Below are positions 1 through 11,408 of a DNA stretch of 64,000 nt, in pieces (position 1 is the first letter of the stretch; each line of letters starts with the position of its first letter). Source of the DNA: Candidatus Eiseniibacteriota bacterium (GTDB lineage Bacteria > Eisenbacteria > RBG-16-71-46 > SZUA-252); the NCBI GenBank assembly GCA_963703225.1, contig OY969801.1:1984001-2048000 (forward strand), read 5' to 3'. The notes under the pieces are model-generated. The model ran no database searches. It saw only the letters and a program-made list of their open reading frames with translations, and was not told where the DNA came from. A program made the translations under genes and the position numbers.

Positions 1-1122
1 GTGATCATGATGTCGGGGCACGCCACCATCGACGTGGCGGTCCAGGCGACCAAGCTTGGCGCCTTCGACTTCTTGGAAAAGCCGATTTCGCTGGAGCGTC
101 TGCTCATACTGCTCCGCAACGCCTCCACCACCCTGACGCTCCGGAACGAGAACCGTCGCCTGGGACAGGCGTGGGCCCGCCCGATCATCGGCACCTCCCA
201 GGCGATCCAGAAAGTTCTCCGCCTGATCGAGCTCATCGCTCAGAGCCCCGCACCCCGCGTGCTCATCCAGGGTGACAGCGGCACAGGCAAGGAGCTGATC
301 GCCCGCGCGCTCCACGCATCGGGCACGCGCCGCGATCGGCCCTTTGTCGCGGTGAACTGCTCTGCGATCCCGGAGGAGCTCATCGAATCGGAGCTTTTTG
401 GACACGAGCGTGGCGCTTTCACGGGCGCGACCCAATCGCGGCGGGGGCGGTTCGAGGAGGCGCACGGCGGGACCCTATTCCTCGATGAGGTGGGGGACCT
501 GAGCCCCCGGGCTCAGACCAAGCTGCTCCGGGTGCTGGAGGAGAGCGAGTTCTTCCGCGTCGGTGGTAACAGAACGATCAAGGTGGACGTCCGGGTCATC
601 GCGGCGACGAACCGCAATCTGGACTCTCGCTTCGGGCCGGAGCCCTTCCGTGCTGATCTTTACTTCCGGCTCGCGGTGGTCCCTATCTTGGCACCGTCGC
701 TTAGGGAGCGTGCGGAGGACATTCCGCTACTGATCGAGCACTTCACCGCCCAGGTCACGGCTGAGACGTCCGGGAGGCGAAAGCGTTTCACGCTGGGTGC
801 CATCGATCTACTCCGACGCTACCCCTACCCCGGAAATGTCCGCGAGCTTCGGAACATCGTCGAGCGCCTGCTCATCACCACCCCCGGCCCTTTGATCGAG
901 CCCGATCATGTCCGGGCCGTCCTGCCTGCACGGGAGGAGACGGCGAAGAGACCGACACGCCTTGGCGAAGCCGTGCGGGAGTTCGAGAAGGAGCAGATCG
1001 AGGCCGCGCTCTCGGCGGAGGGTACGATGACCAAGGCGGCCGCGCGGCTGGGCCTGGAGCGAAGCCACCTCTACAAGAAGATGAAGAAGCTGGGCTTTCG
1101 GCCGGAGACCCTGGATACCTAG
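1..1122 (+). CDS. Sigma-54-dependent response regulator, NtrC/NtrX family (5' truncated by window edge)
   Basis: End of receiver domain (GAFDFLEKP), Walker A GDSGTGKE, GAFTGA loop, LFLDEVG, C-terminal Fis-type HTH. Confidence 0.93.
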   Translation: MIMMSGHATIDVAVQATKLGAFDFLEKPISLERLLILLRNASTTLTLRNENRRLGQAWARPIIGTSQAIQKVLRLIELIAQSPAPRVLIQGDSGTGKELIARALHASGTRRDRPFVAVNCSAIPEELIESELFGHERGAFTGATQSRRGRFEEAHGGTLFLDEVGDLSPRAQTKLLRVLEESEFFRVGGNRTIKVDVRVIAATNRNLDSRFGPEPFRADLYFRLAVVPILAPSLRERAEDIPLLIEHFTAQVTAETSGRRKRFTLGAIDLLRRYPYPGNVRELRNIVERLLITTPGPLIEPDHVRAVLPAREETAKRPTRLGEAVREFEKEQIEAALSAEGTMTKAAARLGLERSHLYKKMKKLGFRPETLDT

Positions 1123-1140
1123 GTGGGTTGGCTCACCGCC

Positions 1141-3220
1141 CTACTTGCCGGCCGGCGTCGGAGCGGCGGGCGGTGCCCGCAATAGCTCGACCTGGGCCCG
1201 GATCGCTTCCCGCTGCGGGTGGTTGGGAGCCCGCTTCAGCACTTCCTCAAAATAGCCGATCGCTTCCTGGCGGTGGCCGAGCTTCTGCGCCGCGACGGCC
1301 ATCTGGAGATAGACGTCGATGACGGTGAACTGGCTGTCGGGCAGAATCCGAAGCTCGCCGTCCGCGATTCGCTTGTAGATCTGCATCGCCTCCGCCACGT
1401 TTCCGGCCTCCTCGAGGGCCCTCCCCAGATGAAATGCCGCCTTGGCCTCGTGCGGAGATTCCTGCTGCGCCATCCGATACCACTCCACCGCCTGCGCGTA
1501 GTCCCGCTTCCGAAACGCCGAGGTGCCCACGAGGAGCAGACCCTCCGTCGCGGGCTGGCCGGTCTTGTGGTAGAGATCAATCCCTTTCTGGATCGATCGG
1601 CGCGATGCCTCCTCGTCACCCATTCGCCTTTCGACGACCCCGGTCCAGATTGTCGCGAGCGGCGCCACCCAGGTCTTCCCTTCCGCGAGCGGCTGGAAGC
1701 GCCGGAGCGCTTCGTCCAGGCGTCCCTCGTCGAGCGCCTGCTGGGCCAGCGTCATCTCGCTGTCCTCGGTGCCGGCCCCGGCTCCGCTGACCAACCCCGC
1801 GATCCGGTCGGCCTCGGCCTTGTTCCCCGCCCACATGTAGGCGTGCACGAGCCCCATGAGCGGGCCGTTCGCCACCCGCTCGAGATTGGGAGACGCCCCG
1901 CAGCTCGTTGGCGGTGACGGGCCCCGATCCCGGAAGATTCAGATCCTTGCGCAGGACGTCGCTCCACAGGCTCACGCTGCTGGTCCAAACGCCGATCCGC
2001 GCCACCGTCATCGCGGAGTAGAGCGCGATGATCAGCGCACCGGCCACGACGAGCCCTCGCGTGCTGGAGCCGCCTCCCGGTTTCGCGCCGTCGACGTGCC
2101 GCGCTGCCTCGCAAGCGGCGCCGCGAGCGCCACCAGCGCGAGCGATGTTCCGATCGTCGGAAAGAGGAGGTAGCGGTCGGTCATCCAGATGCGCAGCGTG
2201 AAGAAGAAGTTCATCACGGTCGCGAGCGGGAGCAGGAAGAGCGCGATTCCAAACGAGACGAGCGGGAGCCGTCGCCGCAGGAGGAAGAAGCCGGCCACGA
2301 GGCCGACGGCCAGGAGCGCCCCGAGGAACGCGATGCTGTCCTCCACCGGCTCTCCCCCCACTGTGTAGAACGCCGAGAGCCGGATGGGCAGGATCGCGTG
2401 GCCCACATAGAGCGCGAAGATCTTGGCCAGGAGGGCCAGTCGCCGCCATGCCCGGCATGGTCGATTGGATCAGGGCGCTGTCCTTGTCCTGTGCGTGCGT
2501 AGTGAGCAGGAAGCCAACGGCGGCGAGCGCGAGGAACGGCACCTTGTCGATCAGCTGTCGGCGGGTGATCCGTCCGGAAATGCAAAGGTCGTAGGCCAGG
2601 AAGACCCCGGGAAGGATGACGGCGTACCCCTTGGAGAGGATGGCGGCAGCGGCCAGAAGGACCGTCAGCGAGTACGGTCGCCATCGCGTCTCCTTCGCCG
2701 CCGCGTAGCGCGAATAGGCCAACAGCGCCAACGCGTAGAAGAAGAGGCAGACCACATCCTTTCGCGACGCCAGCCAGGCCACCGATTCGACGTGGATCGT
2801 GTGCGTCGCGAAGATCGCCGCCGCGACAAATGCCCCGGCGCGCCAGTCGAGTATCCGCGCAAAGAAGTAGTAAAGACCCAGCACGCCGCCCACGTAGAAG
2901 GCGATCTGGGTGATGTGAAAACCTGGGACCCAGGTGCCCCACACCGCCCGATCGAAAGCATAGGTCAGCGTCGTGAGTGGATGGAAGTTGGCGAAGAACG
3001 GCTGGGTGAGAATGCGCCAGAGGTTCTCCGGGGAGAGATGCTCGAGCCGCGCGTCACGGAAGTAGTAGTAGTAGTCGTCCCAGTCGTGGATCGGCACGAG
3101 GAGGGAGCGCGCGTAGACGAGCACGGTGAGGAGGGCGAGCGCCAGGGGCGCGACCCAGGGTTTGGCGAGCCACCCCGGGCGCGGCGCACTCTGCTTGCCC
3201 TTGTCTTTCGATTTCGGCAT
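1141..3220 (-). CDS. TMTC-like multi-pass membrane glycosyltransferase (GT-C) with C-terminal TPRs; frameshifted
   Basis: Joined from ORFs 1616..3220, 2032..2406 and 1141..1875 (shifts near 2440, 2065, 1880); WDDY loop, HPLT, HVESVAW, LSK, DRYLLFP, W-x-S-x-SLW motifs followed by TPR helices. Confidence 0.75.
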
Positions 3221-3351
3221 GGGAATCCCTTCATCGCGAACGCGGAACGAAGGCGGCGATAGTAACAGGGATTTCCCGCCCCGAGCGATTTTGGTAGCAT
3301 GCTGGCCTGCCGGAACGAGAGGAGACTCCCATCAAAGCCGATGATCCGTCC

Positions 3352-3825
3352 GTGCGCCTCTTCATGCGCCACACCCTCGCCACGCTCGCCTATCGCGCCG
3401 GCAAGACCGTGCGAGGAACCCCGGAGGCATTCGGCGCCTTCCGGGCGGGGCCCAATTCCCGTTCCGGCGTCGAGATCCTTGCCCACATGGGGGATCTGAT
3501 GGACTGGAAGCTCCGGGTGGTGCGGGGCGAGCCAAAGTGGACGACCGCGACGCCGCTCCCGTGGGATCAGGAGATCGCGCGATTCTACGCGGCTCTCAAG
3601 GCGCTCGACGACTATCTCGCCTCGGGCGAGCCGATCCGCGCGGAACCGGCGCGGGTCTTTCAGGGAGGTATCGCGGACGCGCTCACGCACACGGGGCAGC
3701 TCGCCATGCTGCGCCATCTGTCGGGGTACAAGATGAAGGGCGAGAGCTACGCGCGGGCCGACATCCAGATCGGCCGTGTGGGGATCGACCAGACGCCGGC
3801 CAACCCAAAGTACGAATTCGACTAG
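3352..3825 (+). CDS. DinB/YfiT-like four-helix-bundle protein
   Basis: EILAHMGD and ALTHTGQLAMLR motifs typical of the DinB superfamily; start codon uncertain. Confidence 0.65.
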   Translation: MRLFMRHTLATLAYRAGKTVRGTPEAFGAFRAGPNSRSGVEILAHMGDLMDWKLRVVRGEPKWTTATPLPWDQEIARFYAALKALDDYLASGEPIRAEPARVFQGGIADALTHTGQLAMLRHLSGYKMKGESYARADIQIGRVGIDQTPANPKYEFD

Positions 3826-3846
3826 CGGCGGGGCCGGCGCGCGTCG

Positions 3847-6800
3847 CTAGAGCGTCGCCACCGCCTGTTTCCGCTGGAGCTGCAGCACCCGCACGTCGGG
3901 GTCGACGACCACCTTCTCCGGCGTGAACGGGCAGTGGATGGTGATCGTCTTGGACTCTCCGGCGCCCAGGGTCACCGTTCCTCGCGCGTCGCGGTAGGCG
4001 GCGTTCGCCTCAAAGCCCGCCTTGGAATCGGCGCCCTTGGCCTTGTTCCAGCGCTCCCCGGAAACCGCCGCGACCTCAACCGGCATCGTGCCCGTGCCGT
4101 TGTTTCGAACGGTAACGCTCACGTCATAACCGTCCCCGCATCTTGGCCTTCTTCGCCTGCGCGATGCGATACTCCGGCATGGCGCGATCCTCGAACCACT
4201 CGCGCACGAAGGCATCGAACGCGGCCGGATCGCTGGCGTAGGGCCGCATCGCGGCCACGAAGTCCTGGAGCGCCGGATGGTCGCGGCTCTGGCTCCAGAT
4301 CTCGATGAAGTGGCGATACCCGGCGAGTGCGCGATCGTGTCCCATGAAGTCGTAGAGCATCCAGAAGACCCAACCGCCCCGGTCGTAGATCACCGTTTCG
4401 TCGGCTTCCTTCTTTCCGTCCACTTCGTACATCGGGCGTTCCTCGTCCACGCGCCGGCGGTCGCCATACCGCGCCTCCAGACCCTTCGCGAATTCCATCC
4501 GCCCGCGGTGGCCCTTCACCTTGTCGAAGAGAAGGAGCGTCGAGAAATGGGCCATCCCCTCGCTGAGAAAGTCCCCGCTCGGGCCGTTGGCCGGCGTGAG
4601 GATGTTGCCCCACCACTGGTGCGCCGCCTCGTGCGCGGTCACGAGAAACGTGGCGTCCGTCTTCGCATCGTTCTTGGTGAGGAATCCGATGTTCTCGCTG
4701 AACGTGATGTTGGTGCCGAAGCCCTGCGCGTAGCCGGCCAGCGCGGGAAACTCGGATAGCTTGAGCTCGCGCCAGGGATACGGAAGGAACCACTCCGAGT
4801 ACCAGCGCCGCGCGGCGTCCAGCGTGGAGGACATCTCGTCGACGTTGTACGGATGGACCGCGCTGTAGTAGATGGTCGTCCCGTGCCCCTGCTTCACCTT
4901 CCACTTGCCGCAGACCACGTTCAGAATCTTGACGGGATGATCGGTCTCCCACACCTGGGTGCGCCATCCGTCCTTCACCGTGTTGCTCGTGCAGACGCCG
5001 ACCGAATTGAGCGTGTACTCCGCCGGACCCGGTCACCGCGATGCGCGCGGGAAACCACGCCGTGGCGCCGTAACCGGCCCGCGTCATCCCCTTCCAGTAG
5101 TCCCGCGTGAAGCGGCGGGGCTCGGTCCGGTTCTCCTTCGTCTGCCCCACGTCCTCCATGTATCCGAGCACCGGGGCGAAGCTGGGCGTCGAATCCGGTC
5201 AGGACGACACCCGACGGAAGGATGAACTCCTGCGGTGTTCCCGCCGTTCTTGGTGACGCCGCCCGGGAAACGCCCGTCCCAGCGCCAGCCGACCACCACG
5301 CTGTCCCCCGTCGCGAGCGGCCTCGGCGGGGTGAAGACGTAGAGGTGCTGGGAGTCCTCTGGCTTGTACTCGGCGCCGTTCATCGTCCACGTGAGATTCG
5401 TCCAGTGAAGTCCGCCGGTGAGCGGAATCTGCGCGAGCGGGGCGTCGTTGCAGATTGACGAGCGTGAACGCGCCTTCGCTGGCCAACCAGTGCTTCGGGG
5501 GATCCACCTTGAGCTTGACGTCGGCGCGCGCGATGTCGGGAAGCGGCGCGTCCATCCACGTCTTGAGGTTCTTGGCCCAGTAGTCCTTCTTGGCCTTCTT
5601 CGCCACTCCCCCCTCGAGCCCCGCGTTCACCTGAAACACGAGCACGATACACGCCACCAGCGGCACCGCCGCGAATCGGGAGCAGCCGCGCCGTCGAGGC
5701 AACGAAGCCGCCGCGGTGCCAGCCGGTGCATCGGGTCTGCACGGCATCGGCGCCCCGGCGCCCAAAGAATCGGACCGCGAGCACCGTGAAGAGGACGGCC
5801 AGTCCCAGGATCATGACGCGGTTCCAGATCAGCGCCGTCCGGTCGGTCTCGAAGAAGCCGAGATCGCTCCAGCGAAGCGCTCCCCAGAGCGGCCAGTTCC
5901 CGGCCCAGCTCATCTGCCTCGTGAGGGCGCGGAACCCGGTGAAGATGAGCACCGCGAGCGACACGGAGTAGGCGGCGTAGCGGTTCCCCACCACCGCGTA
6001 GACCGCGCTCACGAACGCGGTCCAGGCGAGGAACGTGGGGATCAGGAGCAAACCCCAAATGATGAGATACGGCTCCAGCGAGAACGGAACCGTGCGCTGC
6101 ACCGCGATCGCGATCGCGCAGGCCGCCAGCGACGCGAAGAGCACCACGGCGCCCACCACGCTGTTCGCGAGGGCCTTTCCGGATAGCAGCGCCGCGGTCC
6201 TGAGCGGCGTCGCGTAGAGAATCTGGGAGAGACCGGTGGACCGCTCCCGCTCCAGCGACTCCACGGTGTAGAAGAGAAGCAGCAGGAGGACGAGCGTCGA
6301 AATCTGGTTCGCGATCCCCACCGCGCTCACCCCCGGCGTGAGCAGAATCGGCGTGTCGAACGCCCCCACCGCGAGGAGTGCGTTGCCGAGGGCCTGGATC
6401 AGGATGAGCGGAATAAAAATGTAGAGGCCGGCCTGGCGCAGAAGCTCGTGAAGCTCCGCGCCCGCCACGGCCAAGGTGCCCCGGACATAGGACGGAGTCG
6501 AGCTCTTCATGTGGAGACCCGAGAGCGCCGCGGCCGACGGCGCCTCGCTCCAGGAGGGGGCGGCCGCTCCCTGCTGGGCCAACGCCGCTTTCCGAGCCGA
6601 TTTGGAAGCAACGACGCCGCTCAGGGACCGCGCCACCGATCGCTGGGTGAGGAAGATCGCGCCGATCCCGGCTATGAGAATCCAGAGCCGGTTCAGCCAG
6701 AAGAGGCCGTCGTAAGGAACCCGCTGGGTGTTGTAGAACGCCACCCCTCGGTCGACCTTGAGATGCGTTTCGTTGAGCCAGCGGTATCCGGAAGGCTCCA

Positions 6801-7468
6801 ATACTTGCAGGAGCTTGTTCAGGCGCGGATCGAGCCAGGAGGGCGACCAGGTCCAGAGGAAGAATCCGCAGACCAGGAGCATCGCGACCGGGATGACAAA
6901 GACCAGCACCGCGCTCCGCGACTTCTCCCCGACGTACATGGAGACGGCGGCGTAGAAGATGAGGAACGGCAGCCCCATCGTCAGCACCGGCGTCAGGTAG
7001 TTCATGAGCTGGAACGGCCCCCGGATCTCCACCGCTTCCGCGTTGGGCACAACGTGATTGAAGAACGCGGTCGTAGCGATCTGCCAGAGCATCAGCACCA
7101 CGAAGCCCGCCGCCACGGCGAGATAGCGCCCCCAGACATATTCCCCGGGGGTCAGCGGGGTGGAATGAAGGAGGACGTCGACTTTCTCTTCCCGGTCGCG
7201 GAGCAGCGTCAGCCCCGCCCCCACCGCGATGAAGAACGCGTAGTAGAGGAGCACGATGAAGGTCATCATCTGCGTCTGGGCGAACTCGGACGTGATCCAC
7301 GCCTTGGTCCCGCCCACCGAGCTGTCCCCGGACGAGATCTGACATCTTTCCGCTCGAGAGACCGAACGCGCTCAGAAGCAGAATCAACGCGAGCACGATG
7401 AAGAGCGGGCGTCGGAACGTGTGGCCAAACTCCACGCCAAAGACGGCCCCGAGGCGCCGGAGACTCAT
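3847..7468 (-). CDS. ABC-2 type permease fused to an M1-family zinc aminopeptidase; multiply frameshifted
   Basis: Joined from ORFs 5627..7468 (5' end), 5380..7317, 5199..5765, 5084..5383, 4124..4978 and 3847..4215; two permease halves, then HEAAH-x18-E (AHEAAHQWWG...FLSEGMA) and a YDRGG motif. Confidence 0.8.
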
Positions 7469-8373
7469 GCCATCACCTCGGCGTGCATGGAGGCCCTGGG
7501 GAGGGAGCCGAGGCGCATGAGCACGAGGTAGGCGTCTTCCAGCGTGACCGGGACCCGAGTGAATCCATGCGGCGGCGCGCCCGACGGCTCGTAGATGCGC
7601 GCGCGATTCTTTCCCTCGACCAGGATCGCCTGGGTCACCATCCGCTCGGAGCGAAGCTTGCTCAGATCCTCCGGGCTCACGGTCCCCTCAAAGACCCGGC
7701 CGTTCACCGCCGCGCGCGCGTCGCTCGGCGAGGTGACCGCCAGGAGTCGCCCGTCCCGAATCACCGCGACCCGCGGGCAGAGCACCGCGACGTCTTCCAC
7801 GATGTGGGTCGAAAGTAGAACGATTCGGTCGGCCGCCAGCTCGGATAGCAGGTGATAGAAGCGCAGGCGCTCTTCCGGATCGAGGCCCGCCGTGGGCTCG
7901 TCCACGATGATCAGCCGAGGATTGCCCGCGAGGGCCTGCGCGACTCCGAGGCGCTGGCGCATGCCGCCGGAATACCCTTTCACCGAGCGCTTGGCCGCGA
8001 ACGAGAGGTTCACCCGTTCAAGCAGCTCCTGCACGAGCTTCTTCCGTCCCTGCGGAGCCGTCACGCCCTTGAGCTCCAGGAGGTGCGACAGCATTGCCTC
8101 GCCGGTCAGGTGCGGATAGAACCCGAATTCCTGGGGCAGATAGCCGAGCCGCGGCCAGAGCCACTCGGGATCTTTGAGGATGTCCGTGTCGTCGAGGGTG
8201 ACCGTTCCCGACGTGGGCTCGAGCAATCCCGCGAGGATCTTCATGAATGTCGATTTCCCGGCGCCGTTCGGTCCCAAAAGGCCGAACATGCCGGAGGGAA
8301 CGTCCAGGTCGATCCCGTTCAGGGCGGTGACCGGACCCGGGTAGACCTTCACCAGGCCGCGCACTTGGAGCAT
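7465..8373 (-). CDS. ABC transporter ATP-binding protein
   Basis: GPNGAGKS, YSGGMRQR, IIVDEP, STH; stop codon overlaps the permease start; start placed at MLQVRG. Confidence 0.93.
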   Translation of the reverse strand: MLQVRGLVKVYPGPVTALNGIDLDVPSGMFGLLGPNGAGKSTFMKILAGLLEPTSGTVTLDDTDILKDPEWLWPRLGYLPQEFGFYPHLTGEAMLSHLLELKGVTAPQGRKKLVQELLERVNLSFAAKRSVKGYSGGMRQRLGVAQALAGNPRLIIVDEPTAGLDPEERLRFYHLLSELAADRIVLLSTHIVEDVAVLCPRVAVIRDGRLLAVTSPSDARAAVNGRVFEGTVSPEDLSKLRSERMVTQAILVEGKNRARIYEPSGAPPHGFTRVPVTLEDAYLVLMRLGSLPRASMHAEVMA

Positions 8374-8545
8374 CGAAACCTCCGTCGGGACGGGACTCTC
8401 CCCGGGGTCCAGGAGCGGGGAATCAGAGACGCGCGCCCTGGAGCGTCGGGCGCGCGGCAGTGAACAGAATGGACTACGCGGGGGAGCCCCGCAAGGTTTC
8501 AACCCGGCCCGCGGGCTCGGCCGTCCGAAGAACGCTAAGGGGCTG

Positions 8546-9337
8546 CTACTCCCCCGTCGGCGGCGTCGAGAAATCGACGCTCGTATAGTCTGCGGGGAGC
8601 GAGAAAAGGTCGTCGGAGAGTTTCTTCCGGTCGAACGACTCCATCGTGACGTCGAAGACTATCTTCTGGTCTTCAAGGCATCGGGAGACGAGTGGGAATC
8701 CATCGGTGCTCGAATCCCATCGAAAGGCGCCGGCCGTGGCTCCCTCGAACGGCTTCACGGTCATGAGAAAACTGCCCAGACACGTTTGCATCGCCCGCAC
8801 GATCGCGCGCTCGGCCTCGGTGATCTCGAAGTCCTTCGATTTGCACCCGCAGTACTCCGCCCGTTTCTCCCCGCCCTCGTTTACCTCGACGACCGTGCAA
8901 TCGTAGCCTAGAACCTTCTGGGCCCTCTTGGTCCACACGTACTCCGGTTGGGACGTCCCCCGGTCCGATTCGGCGGATTGCTTGATCATGTCGTCCGCCA
9001 TCTGCCTTTGTTCCGACGTGAGGCCCTCGATCTCGGACATCATGGCCGCCCCGCCGGCGGCGGGTCCCGCGCACTGCTCCAGATCGACGTAGGTCTTCTT
9101 TGTGTCGTCAACGATTCGGAGGGTCCCGGTGTCCTCCCAGAATAGGATCCGCACGGTGGCCGAGCCCTTGATCGACAACGCGGCCCGGTCCGGCCCCACG
9201 GAGAGCTGGGCGGTGGCGGGGACTTCCATTCCGCTCATCCGATCGACGCCCCGGTAACGAGCGTTGAGCTCCGCGCGCGCTGGCGGGGCCATGGCGGCGA
9301 CCGCGAGAGCGAGAACCGTGGAGAAACGAAGGCGCAT
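8546..9337 (-). CDS. Secreted protein, DUF4412-like
   Basis: Signal peptide MRLRFSTVLALAVAAMAPPARA; KVLGYDC, GFPL and DLFSLPADY motifs. Confidence 0.6.
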   Translation of the reverse strand: MRLRFSTVLALAVAAMAPPARAELNARYRGVDRMSGMEVPATAQLSVGPDRAALSIKGSATVRILFWEDTGTLRIVDDTKKTYVDLEQCAGPAAGGAAMMSEIEGLTSEQRQMADDMIKQSAESDRGTSQPEYVWTKRAQKVLGYDCTVVEVNEGGEKRAEYCGCKSKDFEITEAERAIVRAMQTCLGSFLMTVKPFEGATAGAFRWDSSTDGFPLVSRCLEDQKIVFDVTMESFDRKKLSDDLFSLPADYTSVDFSTPPTGE

Positions 9338-9470
9338 GACGCGAGCTCCTTGGTGCGGCGTGATCCTGCCTCCCCACGAATTCACCATATTCTAGCGAAA
9401 TGCGGGCGCTCTCTGGTACTGTCCACGTGCCTTCCGATCCCCACCGGTTCGACTCCCACGGAGGTCCCGC

Positions 9471-9890
9471 ATGAAAGGCGTCGCTTCTGGTCCCGCCGTC
9501 TCATTCGGACTCTTGATTCTTCGCATCGGGATCGGGAGCTTGCTTTTTTGGGGCCACGGCCTGCCCAAGCTCCTCCATTTCGGAGAGCGCGCCGCCACGT
9601 TCGCGAACCCGATCGGCGTCGGGCCGGCCGCGAGCTTCGCCCTCGTCGTGTTTGCCGAAGTTCTCTGCTCGAGCTTCGTCGTGATCGGCCTCGCGACCCG
9701 ATGGGCCGCGGTCCCGCCGGTGATCTTCTTTCTCGTGGCGTTCTTCATCCAGCACGCCGACGATCCGTGGAACAAGAAGGAGCTGGCGCTCGTCTATCTC
9801 GTTCCATTCCTCACGTTGATCTTCGCGGGGGCGGGCCGCTATTCGCTCGACGCGCTCCTCTCACGACGGGGGCGCGCCGTGCCCGGCTAG
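9471..9890 (+). CDS. DoxX family membrane protein
   Basis: LLILRI...HGLPKL, AE...GLATR, GAGRYSLD; GGAGG RBS upstream. Confidence 0.88.
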   Translation: MKGVASGPAVSFGLLILRIGIGSLLFWGHGLPKLLHFGERAATFANPIGVGPAASFALVVFAEVLCSSFVVIGLATRWAAVPPVIFFLVAFFIQHADDPWNKKELALVYLVPFLTLIFAGAGRYSLDALLSRRGRAVPG

Positions 9891-10546
9891 TGCGGAGTCC
9901 AGTGCGGCGTCGCCAAGAACAGACCGTCCCTGAAGCCGATCTGATAGACCAGCCAGGCGCCGAACAGGAGCGAGATGGCGCCCGTCACCAGCCGCGCCCC
10001 ACGGCCAAACCCGCCCCAACGCCGTGAAGCCGCGGAAAGAGGCGCCGCGATCCCGGTGGTGATCAACGCCATCCCGGCGAGAGTCCCAATCCCAAAGACC
10101 AACAGGTAGGCGCACGCGGAGCGAGGATCGCGCACCGTCGCGAGGACGAGCAGCGCCACCGCGGCGCTCCCCGCGAGCCCGTGTACGAGCCCGACCAGAA
10201 ACGCGCGCCCGGCTGGAAGCCGCCCCGACTTCGGGTCGAGCCCCGATGCCGCCGCGTCTCCCGACGAGGGCGCTCCCAAGTTCAGCAATCCGATCCCCAC
10301 GAGCGCCAGGCCGACCGCGAATTCCAGGGACAGTCCAACCCGCGGCGGCACGACCCAATTGAAGAGGATGATCGCGGCCCCGACCGTGAACAGCGTCAGG
10401 GTGTGTCCCAGTCCCCAGACCACGCCCAGCCACATCGCCGGGAGGATCCGCTTGGTCCGGGTGGTGATGGCCGTCACAGCGACCACGTGATCGGGGTCCG
10501 CCGCGTGCCGCAGTCCCAGGGCGAGCGCGAGCCCAAGGAGCGCCAT
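9887..10546 (-). CDS. High-affinity nickel/cobalt permease (NiCoT/UreH-like)
   Basis: RHAADPDHVVAV (HX4DH), WGLGHT and GLVHGLAGS signatures; an alternative TTG start at 10555 overlaps the upstream stop. Confidence 0.85.
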   Translation of the reverse strand: MALLGLALALGLRHAADPDHVVAVTAITTRTKRILPAMWLGVVWGLGHTLTLFTVGAAIILFNWVVPPRVGLSLEFAVGLALVGIGLLNLGAPSSGDAAASGLDPKSGRLPAGRAFLVGLVHGLAGSAAVALLVLATVRDPRSACAYLLVFGIGTLAGMALITTGIAAPLSAASRRWGGFGRGARLVTGAISLLFGAWLVYQIGFRDGLFLATPHWTPH

Positions 10547-10551
10547 CAGGC

Positions 10552-10992
10552 TCAATGCCGCTCTCCCTTTCCTCTGGTTCCTCGGGTCTTCCGCAATTCC
10601 TGAAGCTTTGTCCGCTGCGCCGGCGTGAGCAGGCTGTCGACCTGGGTGCGGGCCGCGCCCATGATCTCCTTCATCTTCGGCTCGATCTCGACCCGTGCGG
10701 CGTCGAGCTGCCTGGAGCGCTGGGCGAAGATCGTATCGGCCGCGGCCCTCTGCTCGTCGGTGAGCTCCAGAATTCGGGCCACCCGCGACCACCGGCGCCG
10801 GTGCTCGGTCTCCGAGAGGGCCCAGAGCGGCATTCGCTCGCGCCACGCGCTCCGGTGCCCCATCTCACGGTGATGATGGTGGCGATCGAGCCAGATCCCT
10901 CCGATCGCACCTACAAGGAACGTCACGAGCAGGACGAGCGCGGAAATGATCCGCGGCGACACCTTCCGGCTCGGTTCGAGTGGCCCTGTCAT
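10552..10992 (-). CDS. Membrane-anchored periplasmic Spy/CpxP/CnrX-like putative metal sensor
   Basis: One TM helix, DRHHHHREMGH His cluster, LELTDEQ and LLTPAQ (LTxxQ) motifs. Confidence 0.6.
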   Translation of the reverse strand: MTGPLEPSRKVSPRIISALVLLVTFLVGAIGGIWLDRHHHHREMGHRSAWRERMPLWALSETEHRRRWSRVARILELTDEQRAAADTIFAQRSRQLDAARVEIEPKMKEIMGAARTQVDSLLTPAQRTKLQELRKTRGTRGKGERH

Positions 10993-11408
10993 CTCTCGGT
11001 ACCTCCCATCACCGATTCCGTCAGCCAGCCACGATCGCTAGGTCCGACGATGGCGCTGACCGCTTCCTGTTCCCGGACGTCCCCGGAGACGATCATCGCG
11101 AGGCTGGTCCGCTCCACGACGGCCGGGTCGGCCATATCTGACGCGTCGTTCCCGGAGCCAAATTCCCGGGGAGTCAGGAGGATCAGCAAGACCCCGACCG
11201 CGGCCGCGAGCGGAAGGGCCGCCCGCGCCCAGCCGGCGATGCACTCCCACCACGCGTCGGACTCCGGCGCCCGCGCGACGTGGCGCGCGGCGCTCTGGGC
11301 GATGCCGGCCCGAAGCCGATTCCAATCGGCGTCGTTCAGATCGGCGTCGCCCTCCAACCGGCGGAGCGCCAGCGCGAGTTCCTGGTCTCGATCGGGTTCC
11401 TGGTTCAT
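10989..11408 (-). CDS. Putative single-pass anti-sigma factor
   Basis: 4-bp overlaps with the ECF sigma and sensor genes; one central TM segment. Confidence 0.55.
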   Translation of the reverse strand: MNQEPDRDQELALALRRLEGDADLNDADWNRLRAGIAQSAARHVARAPESDAWWECIAGWARAALPLAAAVGVLLILLTPREFGSGNDASDMADPAVVERTSLAMIVSGDVREQEAVSAIVGPSDRGWLTESVMGGTER

